64,000 nt of DNA from a virus. The stretch lies in the IMG/VR virus record IMGVR_UViG_3300010389_000002; one strand, 5' to 3'. Below the pieces are notes generated by a model. It searched no databases. It had not been told where the DNA came from and saw only the letters and a program-made list of their open reading frames with translations. The translations under genes were made by a program, and so were the position numbers. This document shows, in pieces, positions 36,484 to 46,597 of the stretch (the stretch's first letter is position 1; the number at the start of each line of letters is the position of its first letter).

Positions 36484-36920
36484 TGACTAGACTACAAGAA
36501 GCAATCGGTCTCGGATTGATTCTTGGTATGGCACATGGGGCAGCACAAGCTGTCCCCGTAGTCCCTAACTTCACACAGGGAACAATGACAACCAGGACAG
36601 AGACCACACAAACTATTAACGAAACCATCAACTCGATGGATTATTCGACTGGATATACATATTCAGTAACGGGTACTAATGTTAAAACTACCAGCGGAAA
36701 GATTAACTTACCCACATCAAATACATCTAATACTATAGACGGAGTGACTTCATCATGGACTGGATTACAAGGATCAGAAACTTGGGTGCAAGCAAATCCA
36801 GGAGCAGCATTTCAATTCACAGAATCCTATCAAGGACCAGGATTACAGAACCAGACCATTATCCAAAGAGAAACTCTCATAGAATCCGTCACAGAAACTA
36901 CAAGTATCTTCTCGCAGTAG
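36483..36920 (+). CDS. Secreted Thr-rich protein
   Basis: Signal peptide, AVPVVPNFTQG motif; coupled to previous stop. Confidence 0.7.
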   Translation: MTRLQEAIGLGLILGMAHGAAQAVPVVPNFTQGTMTTRTETTQTINETINSMDYSTGYTYSVTGTNVKTTSGKINLPTSNTSNTIDGVTSSWTGLQGSETWVQANPGAAFQFTESYQGPGLQNQTIIQRETLIESVTETTSIFSQ

Positions 36921-37642
36921 GTTTATTTGGACTACTATCACCGTCTCAAGCATTGGCTAATACTGTGGGTGGTGTTAGCGCCACAGCTAATCCTGTTGCT
37001 AACTCTTCAGGTAGTGTTACTAACCAAGCAATACAAGTTTTACAGGGTCCGTACATCACAAACACTTATGGCGGTGGGATCCAGTGTCAGGGACCTACGC
37101 TAAACTTTACTCCTTATGTAACTGGTAGTGTGTCTGCTGCTAGACCTTATGAGCCATACTATCAAGACCCTGTATATGATGTTAGTGATCTAAATGAGGA
37201 TGGTGTATTAGATAATCCCGGTGATGTTATCTTCTACAAGAATACAAGAACCGGACAGAAAGATAACTATAGTCTAGGTGTTGGATTCTCCGCTACATGG
37301 TCCAAACCACTAGACAAAAAACTACAAGAACAATGTAAACAAGCAGCAGCAACACAGATTGCTTTACAGCAACAACTGACTGCTAATAAGAGATTAGATT
37401 TTGAACTGGCAAGACTTAAGACTTGTGGAAATCTAATGAAGGAGGGTATTCTATTCACCCCCGGTACAGAGATGGCAAAGTTATGTGCTGATGTGACAGT
37501 AATGAATAAGAATGCTATTGCTTCACACCGTCATTCTATTCCTGCTCCAGTTTCCAGAAATGCTAATGATTTAGGTGGACCTATTTCCTCAAGTCCCGCT
37601 GCAACTGGCGTCTCTCAGCAACAGACAAGACCTCAACCTTAA
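36755..37642 (+). CDS. Secreted protein (true start uncertain)
   Basis: Signal-like KYLLAVGLFGLLSPSQALA then VSATANPVANSSGSVTNQAIQV, paired Cys. Confidence 0.65.
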   Translation: MDWITRIRNLGASKSRSSISIHRILSRTRITEPDHYPKRNSHRIRHRNYKYLLAVGLFGLLSPSQALANTVGGVSATANPVANSSGSVTNQAIQVLQGPYITNTYGGGIQCQGPTLNFTPYVTGSVSAARPYEPYYQDPVYDVSDLNEDGVLDNPGDVIFYKNTRTGQKDNYSLGVGFSATWSKPLDKKLQEQCKQAAATQIALQQQLTANKRLDFELARLKTCGNLMKEGILFTPGTEMAKLCADVTVMNKNAIASHRHSIPAPVSRNANDLGGPISSSPAATGVSQQQTRPQP

Positions 37643-38243
37643 CACCTATCTTATCTTTTGCTTTCTTAATTATTTTCTTGACTGCTGGTTTGATAAGTTT
37701 TAGTAGAAACTCTGCTAATGGTTTACCAAACACTGCTGCTGTTGCTGCTGCTACAGCAATAGTAACTGTCGTTGAAACTTCTTCTGCTGACGGCAAGTAT
37801 TTCTCCACAAATGATGGTTCTTCGACTAACTCTACTGGTTCTTCTTTCTTCTCTTCCTCTTTTATAATAGCAGTAACAGGAGGTGCTGGTGGTGGTATAT
37901 CTGGTGTCTTTGGTATCTCTGGTGTATCACCCTCATAAGAAGGAATAGGTTCTGGTGGACCAGTCATCACCATACCATCAGGTTCATAATCCATAGGATT
38001 AAATGATGGCACAGTAGCATCACATATCACCCTGTTTCCATTAGGGTCATTGTCTACCCCAGGACCATTTGGATTATATTCCACACACCCTGGCACATTA
38101 ACAATAGGAGTTCCTATAGTGACAGTAACTGGTGGTGATACATTTGTAATGACTGGTTCAGGGAGACCAGTAAAGACACTCCTAACTGGAGGAATACCAA
38201 TCTCCCTAATAGGTTCCACTTTTACATCACGAATGTCAGGCAT
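37581..38243 (-). CDS. Pro-rich membrane-anchored protein
   Basis: IVNVPGCV..CDATVPSFNPMDY; TM near C-terminus. Confidence 0.65.
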   Translation of the reverse strand: MPDIRDVKVEPIREIGIPPVRSVFTGLPEPVITNVSPPVTVTIGTPIVNVPGCVEYNPNGPGVDNDPNGNRVICDATVPSFNPMDYEPDGMVMTGPPEPIPSYEGDTPEIPKTPDIPPPAPPVTAIIKEEEKKEEPVELVEEPSFVEKYLPSAEEVSTTVTIAVAAATAAVFGKPLAEFLLKLIKPAVKKIIKKAKDKIGVKVEVLSVAERRQLQRDLRK

Positions 38244-38388
38244 CAGTCTTTAAAGATGTTAGCAACAGCAGTGAACAAGTGGAAGAAAATTACATACAAG
38301 AAAAACTTGTCTTGATTATCATCTCGTTTTTTAGCAGGTACTGATCTAGCCATGGTCTAGATATTAAACTTCAATACTATTTAACAAA

Positions 38389-38964
38389 CTAACAATCGTT
38401 AAATACGCTACCAACTTGAGATCCTAATTCAGACCCTGCTTTCTGTCCTAATAGAAGTGCCCAACCAGATGCTAACCACCCGATGTATGGAATGTTAGCG
38501 ACAGCAGGAACGACAAGACCAGCACTAATTGCTGTCCCTGCCATTGCACCTTGTGACCGAGCTCCAGCGTCCGCCACTAAACACTCTACTTCTTTGGCAG
38601 ACTTTCCCTCGCTGTCAGCAGCACCCCCTCCCCCTAAGTTACGGGTGCCTTCTCTGGTGTATTGATCTCTACGATATTCTTGACGACCCTCGCTACCACC
38701 ACCAAACCATCCTTTCTTATTTCTATATGAATCTAAGGATCTTTCTGACTCTAACACCTTGGGATCATCAGAACGGAACTCGATTTCATATCCATCCTTA
38801 CCTGCCTTGATTCTATATGAAGAATAAGGTCCGTGGGGGATGTTAAATGCTGGTGGTTGTTGAACTTTTGGTTGTTGATGAATGAGATGTCCTAAGACAC
38901 CGATGTGAGAAACACCAACAATAATACCAACAGTCCAGACAATGCCTTTTAATGGTTGTTTCAT
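38389..38964 (-). CDS. Conserved cyanophage membrane protein
   Basis: N-terminal TM; ECLVADAGARSQGAMAG...IPYIGWLASGW glycine-zipper-like end. Confidence 0.65.
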   Translation of the reverse strand: MKQPLKGIVWTVGIIVGVSHIGVLGHLIHQQPKVQQPPAFNIPHGPYSSYRIKAGKDGYEIEFRSDDPKVLESERSLDSYRNKKGWFGGGSEGRQEYRRDQYTREGTRNLGGGGAADSEGKSAKEVECLVADAGARSQGAMAGTAISAGLVVPAVANIPYIGWLASGWALLLGQKAGSELGSQVGSVFNDC

Positions 38965-39209
38965 GGCATTACTGGACCAGTCATCGTTGGAAACTTAGGT
39001 GGTTCAGGAATCTCAGGCATAGCAGCGTCTACCATACCAGGAAGTGCTTGTGTAACGGCATCAGTAACTGCCTTGGTTGCCTTTGCTCTGGCATCTTCAA
39101 TAAGAGCATCCTTATTGACATAAAGATATGCTCCACCACCCAGAACTGATAGTGATACCAGTCCAGATAGTAAAGCAATAACGTTAACTAGTTTTTGCAT
39201 CGTCATCAT
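38961..39209 (-). CDS. Small membrane protein
   Basis: MQKLVNVIALLSG..GGAYLY..ALPGMVDAAMPE. Confidence 0.65.
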   Translation of the reverse strand: MMTMQKLVNVIALLSGLVSLSVLGGGAYLYVNKDALIEDARAKATKAVTDAVTQALPGMVDAAMPEIPEPPKFPTMTGPVMP

Positions 39210-39465
39210 CCTCTTTCTTTTTCTTTTTGTCTTTAGAGGCTGCTACCCCAAAAGTAGCTAGAGTCCCAGTAAAGACACTAGCAATAAAAGTGGGATCAAT
39301 TTTCCCCTGCTCAGGAATAAAAGGCAGAGTTACATAGTTTAAAGTCAAAATGCTGGCAGACCATGCCAAGATAACAATACGAACTAGAGCAGATAGTCCT
39401 TCGTCCCACCACTGATACCCGTCGTGGTCTTTCTTATCCATTATTGAGCGTATAAACTTAACCAT
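39184..39465 (-). CDS. Two-TM membrane protein
   Basis: LVRIVILAWS..IDPTFIASVFTGTLATFGV. Confidence 0.7.
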   Translation of the reverse strand: MVKFIRSIMDKKDHDGYQWWDEGLSALVRIVILAWSASILTLNYVTLPFIPEQGKIDPTFIASVFTGTLATFGVAASKDKKKKKEDDDDAKTS

Positions 39466-39467
39466 AG

Positions 39468-40133
39468 TTATTTAGCGATGAACCCTTCTTCTTGTAACCA
39501 TTTCTTAGTGAGTGGGGTAGGCTCATAATCTGTCCACATTGTACCATTAGCACACGATTTGAGTGCTTTCTGTGTCATACCTTCAGTCTTACCTGCCCAG
39601 GTTGCTTCTGCTTCCCAGGGGACAGCAGACTTGGGGTAGGACTTCTCCACCATCTCACGCCAGATAGGAGGAACTTCCTCTTCTGGTTTGATAATGGCAA
39701 TCAAACTATTCTTAATAGTTCCTGCCATACAATCTTGTGCTGCGTGCCATCCTTCATGTCTCATTACAGACATAAGAACATGTGGACGGTGCATGAATGC
39801 TTTGTTTAGATAGAAGTTGTTGGTTACCGTGTGATAGGAACCACGAGTCATGGCAGGAAAATAATGTGCTGGACCTAGAAATACTTTAACTCCGATCTTA
39901 TTAAGGGATGTAAGGAGTTCGGTAAATTCCACAGCAATAGGATCAAAATTAGAATTAGGATAATAATTGATGAGGTCTCTAATAGAGTGTACTTCTTCCA
40001 CATCTTCTACACACTCCCGTAAAATCATACATCCCATTGCTTCATTACTGTAGTAAAGAACTTTAGGATCTTTTGCTTCAGCAGGGAAAGCAAGAGACGT
40101 AGCTGCTAGAACACTAAGGATTTTTTTGATCAT
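39468..40133 (-). CDS. Secreted zincin-like metallopeptidase
   Basis: Signal peptide; MRHEGWHAAQDC (HExxH), WEAEA. Confidence 0.65.
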   Translation of the reverse strand: MIKKILSVLAATSLAFPAEAKDPKVLYYSNEAMGCMILRECVEDVEEVHSIRDLINYYPNSNFDPIAVEFTELLTSLNKIGVKVFLGPAHYFPAMTRGSYHTVTNNFYLNKAFMHRPHVLMSVMRHEGWHAAQDCMAGTIKNSLIAIIKPEEEVPPIWREMVEKSYPKSAVPWEAEATWAGKTEGMTQKALKSCANGTMWTDYEPTPLTKKWLQEEGFIAK

Positions 40134-40222
40134 AAGTTAATACCAGATAGATTATATAGATGACACCAATCAAGAGTAAACCTAAACTAAAGATTATACT
40201 CCACGTCGGATCGTTTATGTCT

Positions 40223-40576
40223 TCATGTGGTCTCAGTAAGAGTTCCATTACTATAAAGGCTAATGAGATAGTCGGCATCAATAACAGCAAGAGGTTTCTT
40301 GCCGTTTTTCTTCATAATAAGGAGGGGTTCATAGTTTCCTGCATTAGCAACCGCTTGGTCATAAGCATCCCAAACGTTTAACTTCTCTACATTCTTACAC
40401 TCAATAGAGTGTGGAAACTTTTCTCTTGCTGCTCTAGCCATGATTAGATCTTCTCCACCAGCACCCATAGACCTTGATTCAATGTCTTCTGGATGGACCT
40501 GTAACACCTCTATAAGGCGCTCACGGACCCACTGCTGTAGTCTTCGACCCTTTGCCTTAGCAGATTGAGTTTTCAT
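40223..40576 (-). CDS. Holliday-junction-resolvase-like PD-(D/E)XK nuclease
   Basis: SAKAKGRRLQQWV..GAGGEDL..SIECKN. Confidence 0.65.
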   Translation of the reverse strand: MKTQSAKAKGRRLQQWVRERLIEVLQVHPEDIESRSMGAGGEDLIMARAAREKFPHSIECKNVEKLNVWDAYDQAVANAGNYEPLLIMKKNGKKPLAVIDADYLISLYSNGTLTETT

Positions 40577-40609
40577 AAAAAAATACCCCACATGGGGGTA
40601 TTTATATAG

Positions 40610-41050
40610 TCAGACTATTGGGTCGTCCCACGGGTCAGGAATTTGAATCTTATTGCTTGAAGGTGCCACGCTTGTGCCAGACTCTTCGGTCCCTCTCTCA
40701 ACAACTGGATTTCTAATTCTGAGAGTGGGAAGGTCGGACACGCTAGAAGGTCCCTCTTCCACTGTTGGTTGTCGGTTGAGCTCATCTTCTTTGTCCCAGA
40801 TTTCTCCAATGTATTTGACTTGTTTGTCGATGGATGCCATCTCCATCTCTACTCTACCATCTACCCAGCGTTTACGCAACCATTCAATAGCACCAAGGGC
40901 AAGATGGTTGATGGGGAACTTTTGTTTGTTCGCCCATCTCTTACCCTTGGTGTACCAATTATCTTCACCACCCCAGTGGTGTTCAAACTTATAGTTGAAA
41001 TCCACTGAACGAATCTTTCTTAATGTCTTGCTTAATGCCACCGACAACAT
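40610..41050 (-). CDS. Hypothetical protein (start uncertain)
   Basis: FEHHWGGEDNWYTK; overlaps nrdB end. Confidence 0.5.
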   Translation of the reverse strand: MLSVALSKTLRKIRSVDFNYKFEHHWGGEDNWYTKGKRWANKQKFPINHLALGAIEWLRKRWVDGRVEMEMASIDKQVKYIGEIWDKEDELNRQPTVEEGPSSVSDLPTLRIRNPVVERGTEESGTSVAPSSNKIQIPDPWDDPIV

Positions 41051-42170
41051 AATTCTCTACTTCTGTTTCCTGTGGTGCTACTTGTAATCCTTTAGAGGAT
41101 AACCAATGCTCCGTCCAGGGGAGAGGATTGTTGCTTAGCGGTACATTAAAAACTGGCTTCAATCCAATTGCTTTCATACGACGATTAGCAATCCATTCAA
41201 CATATGTAGAGAGAAGCTTATCATTCAAACCGATCATAGATCCATCCTTGAACAGGTATTCTGCCCAGAGTTTCTCTTCCTCTACACAAGATTTAAACAT
41301 ACCGATAACAGTATCTTTCTCTTGTTCTGCTATCTTTTTCATGTCAGGATCATCACCAGCTGCCCACTTGTTAATAATGTTCTGGGTGATGACGAGATGC
41401 TGAGACTCATCTCTAGCAATTAGTCCAATGATCTTGGCATTGCCTTCCATGAGTTTATTCTCACCAAAAGCAAAAGAACAAGCAAAAGAAACATAGAAAC
41501 GAATACCTTCTAGGATGTTGACATTAACAACAGCAAGGTATAATTTTCTCTTCAACTCATAAAGAGTATCTTTTGCCTGAGGAACACCCTCCATGGCATA
41601 TTTCCAAGAGTTGCTAGCATCATATTCATGTGCTGCTGCAATGAATTCATTATACGCTCTAGTAACACTCTCTGCTCTACTCAAGATAGCTTCATCACCA
41701 ATGATAGCATCGAGAACTTCAGATGGATTAGCATACACGTTCTTAATAATGTAAGTATAAGAACGTGAATGAATCATTTCCATAAATTCCCATGCTTTCA
41801 TGGCAGCTTCTAACTCAGGTAGAGAGCAGTAGGGGGAAAATGCCATGCCAGGACCACGACCTTGTACAGAATCCAAAAGAATCTGGTACTTAAGGTTACT
41901 GGTAAAAATATGTTTTTGCTGAGATGTTAGTGTTTGGTAGTCAGCACGATCTTTTTGAAGGGAGACCTCCTCAGGTCTCCAGAAATATCCTAGTTGTGTC
42001 TGTGTTAATTTATCAAAGACGGGATACTTAAAGTGATCATACCTTTGGATACCCAAAGGAGCACCAAAGAACATAGGTTGTTTAGTGTAGTCCACTACAT
42101 CTGTATTAAATACTGTCATACCTTCTACAGATGTCATATCTTCTGTCCCTCTAAATTTTGCAACTGTCAC
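40989..42170 (-). CDS. nrdB: Class Ia ribonucleotide reductase beta subunit
   Basis: FWRPEEV, EMIHSRSY, LEGIRFYVSFA, RDESQH, APQETE. Confidence 0.97.
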   Translation of the reverse strand: MTVAKFRGTEDMTSVEGMTVFNTDVVDYTKQPMFFGAPLGIQRYDHFKYPVFDKLTQTQLGYFWRPEEVSLQKDRADYQTLTSQQKHIFTSNLKYQILLDSVQGRGPGMAFSPYCSLPELEAAMKAWEFMEMIHSRSYTYIIKNVYANPSEVLDAIIGDEAILSRAESVTRAYNEFIAAAHEYDASNSWKYAMEGVPQAKDTLYELKRKLYLAVVNVNILEGIRFYVSFACSFAFGENKLMEGNAKIIGLIARDESQHLVITQNIINKWAAGDDPDMKKIAEQEKDTVIGMFKSCVEEEKLWAEYLFKDGSMIGLNDKLLSTYVEWIANRRMKAIGLKPVFNVPLSNNPLPWTEHWLSSKGLQVAPQETEVENYVVGGIKQDIKKDSFSGFQL

Positions 42171-44466
42171 AATCTTCCTCCAGTTCTAATAATTCGTTAA
42201 CCATTTTCTCTACGTCTTCAGCAGACTGTTGCTGTTCTCCCTCTTCGAATTTCTTGGAGTCGTAAGTATTTTGATAATAAGAAGTCTTCCATCCATACTT
42301 GTAAGTATTGAGAAGATCTTGTGCCATCACTGATACTGGCACCTGATTGTCTTCATAGTTTTCTGGATTATAACTCCAGTTACCAGAGATTGCCTGGTCG
42401 AAGAACTTTTGCATAACAGCGACGATATTGATATAACCATCGTTGCTCTTCATATCCCACAATAGATGATAACTATTCTTTAGAGTAGTATACGACGGAA
42501 CAATCTGCTTAAGGGGTCCTTTCTTACTCTTCTTAATGGACAAGTAGTCTCTAGGAGGCTCGATTCCGTTTGTGGCATTTGACACAACGGAACTGCTCTC
42601 CGAAGGCATCTGTGCGGACAGTGTTGAGTTCCTGAGACCATGCTCCAGGATATCTGCCCGAAGACCTTCCCAATCTTGTCGTAACTCATTTTGACAAATG
42701 GCGTCTACATCCTTCTTATATGTATCAATTGGGAGAATTCCGGCAGCATACTTAGTCTTATCGAAAGCAGTACACTTACCCTTCTCCTTAGCAAGGTTGT
42801 TGGAAGCACGTAGCAACCAATATTGGAATGATTCACTAAGATCATGTACCATTCTCCAAGCACCTCTAGTATCCCAACGGGCATCACAACGTGCCAAGAA
42901 ATGTGCTAGACCAATATAACCAATACCAAGGGATCTACGTGCCTTGGTGCTGTCCTCAGCTGCCTGAATGGGATACTTTTGATAATCAATAAGTTCATCC
43001 AGACCACGTACAGCAAGATCACAAAGAGGTTCAAGTTCCAGAGTGTCACGAATCCTACCAACGTTAATAGCAGATAGAATACACAAAGCAATCTCACCTT
43101 CTCCATCAATATGCTGAAGAGGATCTGTGGGAAGAGTGATCTCCTGACACAGATTGGACATGTAAACCTTATCTTGGAAGGAAGAGTGCTCATTACAGTG
43201 GTCGATATTCATGATGTAAATACGACCAGTCTCTGCTCTCTCCTTTAGAATATCCATGATGAGTGTTTGAGCCCCTACTTTCTTCTTAGGAATGTCTGGG
43301 TTGTTCTCAGCAGCCACATATAGTTCATCAAACTCAGGCAAGCCAAAAGCATCATAAACGTCCGGCACATCATGGGGAGAGAAGAGAGTAATCTCAGCAT
43401 CTTGGATGAATCTCTCATAGAATAGCTTGCTAAACTGAATGGAGTAATCCAACTTACGGACTCGGTTATCTTCCGTCCCTTTATTGTTCTTAAGTACAAT
43501 AATATCCTCTATTTCTTGGTGCCAGATAGGAAAGTGGACAGTAGCTGACCCACCTCGGATCCCGTTTTGTGTACAGCATCTGACAGTTGACTCAAACTTT
43601 TTGAGGAAGGGGATAACACCTGTGTGTTGAACCTCGCCGCCTCGGATTTTACTGTTGACACCACGGATTCTGCCTGCGTTGATACCGATTCCCGCCCTTT
43701 GTGCAACGTATCTGCCAATAGCCATATCGCTAGTAAAGATACTATCGAGGGTGTCATCGCTATCAACAAGGACACAGCTAGCAAATTGTCGAAGTGGAGT
43801 TCGCACTCCCGCCATGACAGGTGTGGGAAGGCTGATGTAGAATTTCGAGATTGCGTGGTAGTAGTTTTTGACATATTCGAGTCTCGTCTCTTTAGGGTAG
43901 TCTTGGAAAAGCGTAAGAGCGATCATCATATACATGTATTGAGGAGTCTCGTAGATATCCCCATTGCTTCTGTCTTGTACCAGATACTTATCAACTACCT
44001 GACGAAGACCAGCGTAAGCAAAATAATAATCTCTCTTATGGCTGATAGTATCATTTAGTTGGATCCACTCACCATCATCATATTTGTCCAGAATTTCTTC
44101 ATCATATACTTTAAGAACTGTCGCATTGTATAGAGCAACATCATAAAGTTTTGGCATACCTGCTCGCCAAACATTCTTATTAAACACCTGCTTTCTCAAA
44201 CCAAAAAGTAGAAGACGAGCAGCAACAAACTGATAGTTTGGGTTCTCTAAGCTGATAAGATCGCTAGCGGAACGAACAAGAATCTCTTGAATTTCACTGG
44301 TAGTAATCCCATCATAGAATTGAATTCCAGAATTCATCTCAACTTGTGAAGGAGAAACACCAGCAAGATCTTTACAAGCTTCTTCCACCATCTTATGAAT
44401 TTTATCCAAATTCAACAGTTCCGTAGAACCATCTCTTTTAACAACATTAATGCTATCGGTGCTCAT
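42151..44466 (-). CDS. nrdA: Class Ia ribonucleotide reductase alpha subunit
   Basis: ATP cone VVKRDG, PTPVMAG, SNLCQEI, MPSESSS, C-terminal CDSCKI. Confidence 0.98.
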   Translation of the reverse strand: MSTDSINVVKRDGSTELLNLDKIHKMVEEACKDLAGVSPSQVEMNSGIQFYDGITTSEIQEILVRSASDLISLENPNYQFVAARLLLFGLRKQVFNKNVWRAGMPKLYDVALYNATVLKVYDEEILDKYDDGEWIQLNDTISHKRDYYFAYAGLRQVVDKYLVQDRSNGDIYETPQYMYMMIALTLFQDYPKETRLEYVKNYYHAISKFYISLPTPVMAGVRTPLRQFASCVLVDSDDTLDSIFTSDMAIGRYVAQRAGIGINAGRIRGVNSKIRGGEVQHTGVIPFLKKFESTVRCCTQNGIRGGSATVHFPIWHQEIEDIIVLKNNKGTEDNRVRKLDYSIQFSKLFYERFIQDAEITLFSPHDVPDVYDAFGLPEFDELYVAAENNPDIPKKKVGAQTLIMDILKERAETGRIYIMNIDHCNEHSSFQDKVYMSNLCQEITLPTDPLQHIDGEGEIALCILSAINVGRIRDTLELEPLCDLAVRGLDELIDYQKYPIQAAEDSTKARRSLGIGYIGLAHFLARCDARWDTRGAWRMVHDLSESFQYWLLRASNNLAKEKGKCTAFDKTKYAAGILPIDTYKKDVDAICQNELRQDWEGLRADILEHGLRNSTLSAQMPSESSSVVSNATNGIEPPRDYLSIKKSKKGPLKQIVPSYTTLKNSYHLLWDMKSNDGYINIVAVMQKFFDQAISGNWSYNPENYEDNQVPVSVMAQDLLNTYKYGWKTSYYQNTYDSKKFEEGEQQQSAEDVEKMVNELLELEEDCDSCKI

Positions 44467-45449
44467 ACTTTTTTCCATTCGTTCAGTTTAAGTTTTGCTG
44501 TTAATCCTTGGTAGGTGTTCAATTCTACCATCTTTTGTACATCGTGTCCAGCTAGTACCATATCGTTAAGATCTTTTTGAGTTACTGTCTTGGGAAAGAT
44601 CACTACCTTGTGCCCTTGCTCGGCTGTCTTAGCAATCTTAGTACAGATTTCTCTGCTTCTAGGTTCGTTGTCGAAGACGAATACGAACTGATAATTGTAA
44701 CTGCTAAGGTCAACATCGCTACCACACATAGCAATACTGTTCCTAAGGAAAGTGGAGTCGAAAGGTCCTTCGGTGACATATACATCCTCTGTTTCATCAA
44801 TACGATCTAGTCCAAATACTTTTGGTTTAGATTCATCTAACATAACAGTGATGTATCTAAGCTTAGACTTGGGAGCGAGTGATCTTCCTTGGAAACCAAA
44901 CATGGTTCCATCTTTATCCCTCAATGGGATGATAATTCTGGCACTATCTTGGCGAAGCGTATCGAATACTTTCTTCTGTTTATTAGTCCAGTCCTTAAAT
45001 TTTGGGCAGTAGTAAAAGTAATCGAGGTCTTCTATTTTTCTCTGCTCAAGATACTCTCGGGCAGGGTGTTCTTTATTTAGTTCAGATACCTTTGTGAGAT
45101 CTGATACATTTGAGGATTTAAAAACAGGTGCTTTAAAATTAAACTGAGGTTCAGCTGTCTGTGTTCCTTTACCAGTCAATCCCTCCTTGTATCTATCCAT
45201 AACATACCTGTCATGGAGATGGGAGCTTTGATCTTTTAGAAAGTTAGTAAAGGTTCTACCCACACCACAGTTGTGGCACTTAAAAACATAATCGTTTTTA
45301 ATTTGGAAGAGGTATCCCCTGGTTTTATTTTTATTCTTCTTAGAGTCGCCACAATAAGGACACCTAAAATTGTAGGTCCTACTCTTCTTACTGAATTTTT
45401 CTAACTGTGGGGAGACTAAGCGAATATACGTTTCGTCAAGATAACTCAT
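44463..45449 (-). CDS. gp61: DNA primase gp61
   Basis: NFRCPYCGDS..CHNCG zinc finger; VTEGPFDS TOPRIM; KDLND. Confidence 0.96.
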   Translation of the reverse strand: MSYLDETYIRLVSPQLEKFSKKSRTYNFRCPYCGDSKKNKNKTRGYLFQIKNDYVFKCHNCGVGRTFTNFLKDQSSHLHDRYVMDRYKEGLTGKGTQTAEPQFNFKAPVFKSSNVSDLTKVSELNKEHPAREYLEQRKIEDLDYFYYCPKFKDWTNKQKKVFDTLRQDSARIIIPLRDKDGTMFGFQGRSLAPKSKLRYITVMLDESKPKVFGLDRIDETEDVYVTEGPFDSTFLRNSIAMCGSDVDLSSYNYQFVFVFDNEPRSREICTKIAKTAEQGHKVVIFPKTVTQKDLNDMVLAGHDVQKMVELNTYQGLTAKLKLNEWKKV

Positions 45450-45870
45450 TCACAGACAGTTCCACTGGTGCCATACTAACAGTCTTGTGTTGTGATGTCA
45501 AGGTAAGTCCCAGATTTGGTAACACTTGTAAGATTGTCACAGCTGTGGTCAGGACAGCACCCGCCATCCAGATCCACTTCTGATTCTCTTCTATCTTTTT
45601 ATTTTGATCATGAAATTTGAGACGAACACTCTTGTCAATTTCATTAACTTCTGCTTTTACTTCTTCAATCATCTTAATGATAAGTTGTTGTGACTTATCA
45701 ACTTCGTCAAGACGATTATCATGACGCTCCAAGATTACAGCAACTTTGTTACTATTATCGGAGATTGTGCCGACTGCTCTTTCGAGCTTGTCAAGCATTT
45801 CTTTAGACAGGTCTTCATAAATATCAAGTTTCTGTTCAAGTACCTGAAGTTTTCCAAGACCAAATGCCAT
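45436..45870 (-). CDS. Coiled-coil protein with C-terminal TM
   Basis: LEQKLDIYEDLSKEMLDKLE..WIWMAGAV. Confidence 0.65.
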   Translation of the reverse strand: MAFGLGKLQVLEQKLDIYEDLSKEMLDKLERAVGTISDNSNKVAVILERHDNRLDEVDKSQQLIIKMIEEVKAEVNEIDKSVRLKFHDQNKKIEENQKWIWMAGAVLTTAVTILQVLPNLGLTLTSQHKTVSMAPVELSVNELS

Positions 45871-45871
45871 T

Positions 45872-46597
45872 TTAGACGTTCCTCACAGCGAAATCTAATG
45901 CTGTTTGATACGACGCTGCATCTTTGTTGAGCATGTAGCGGAACTGCTGCTGTTGTGTGTCATCCAGTTGGGCATAGCAAGCAGCAATACGCTTAGCAGA
46001 GAAGTTATCAAGATTTTGTGTGTCGCCGTTGCTGAACTGAATCTTAGCGAAGGATGTTTCGCCAGAAGGATTGAGTTCAGAAGTAGCAACCTCAAGTGCT
46101 ACATCCATGGCATCCATAGTTCTAGTATTTTCCATCATCATTTCACCTTCCATTTCAAATGAATTATTTTGCTTTAGTTTTTTTGTTTGATCAGACGCTT
46201 TTGATTTAAAGTCACTCAGACGTGCCTTCATGAGGGTGTCCATTTCTTTTGTCTTGGACTGCATCTTCTTCTTGGCTTCATCACGCTTCTTTTGTAGCTC
46301 TTTAGCACGACCAAGCTTCTTCTGCTGAGCAATTTGTTTCTGTGCTCTCTCAGTTTCTGACTGCTTCTCAACAATGAGATTTTCTTCGACTTGTTCCTTC
46401 ATTTTTTTACGTCTGTGAATTCTATCGAGTAATGATTTAGCGCCTTTAGTTCTTCCATCCACGGATGAAGCATTGTTTGCTTTATACTTACGATGCTTCT
46501 TGGGGTTAACAACCACAAAAGCGGGGGGTAACTGTAGTCCAGATCCATCGCCAGCAGAGTTAATCATTTCGTCAATGGGTTGAGAAGAGTTAGACAT
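45872..46597 (-). CDS. Conserved cyanophage hypothetical protein
   Basis: NSAGDGSGLQLPP, DGRTK, charged coiled coil. Confidence 0.65.
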   Translation of the reverse strand: MSNSSQPIDEMINSAGDGSGLQLPPAFVVVNPKKHRKYKANNASSVDGRTKGAKSLLDRIHRRKKMKEQVEENLIVEKQSETERAQKQIAQQKKLGRAKELQKKRDEAKKKMQSKTKEMDTLMKARLSDFKSKASDQTKKLKQNNSFEMEGEMMMENTRTMDAMDVALEVATSELNPSGETSFAKIQFSNGDTQNLDNFSAKRIAACYAQLDDTQQQQFRYMLNKDAASYQTALDFAVRNV

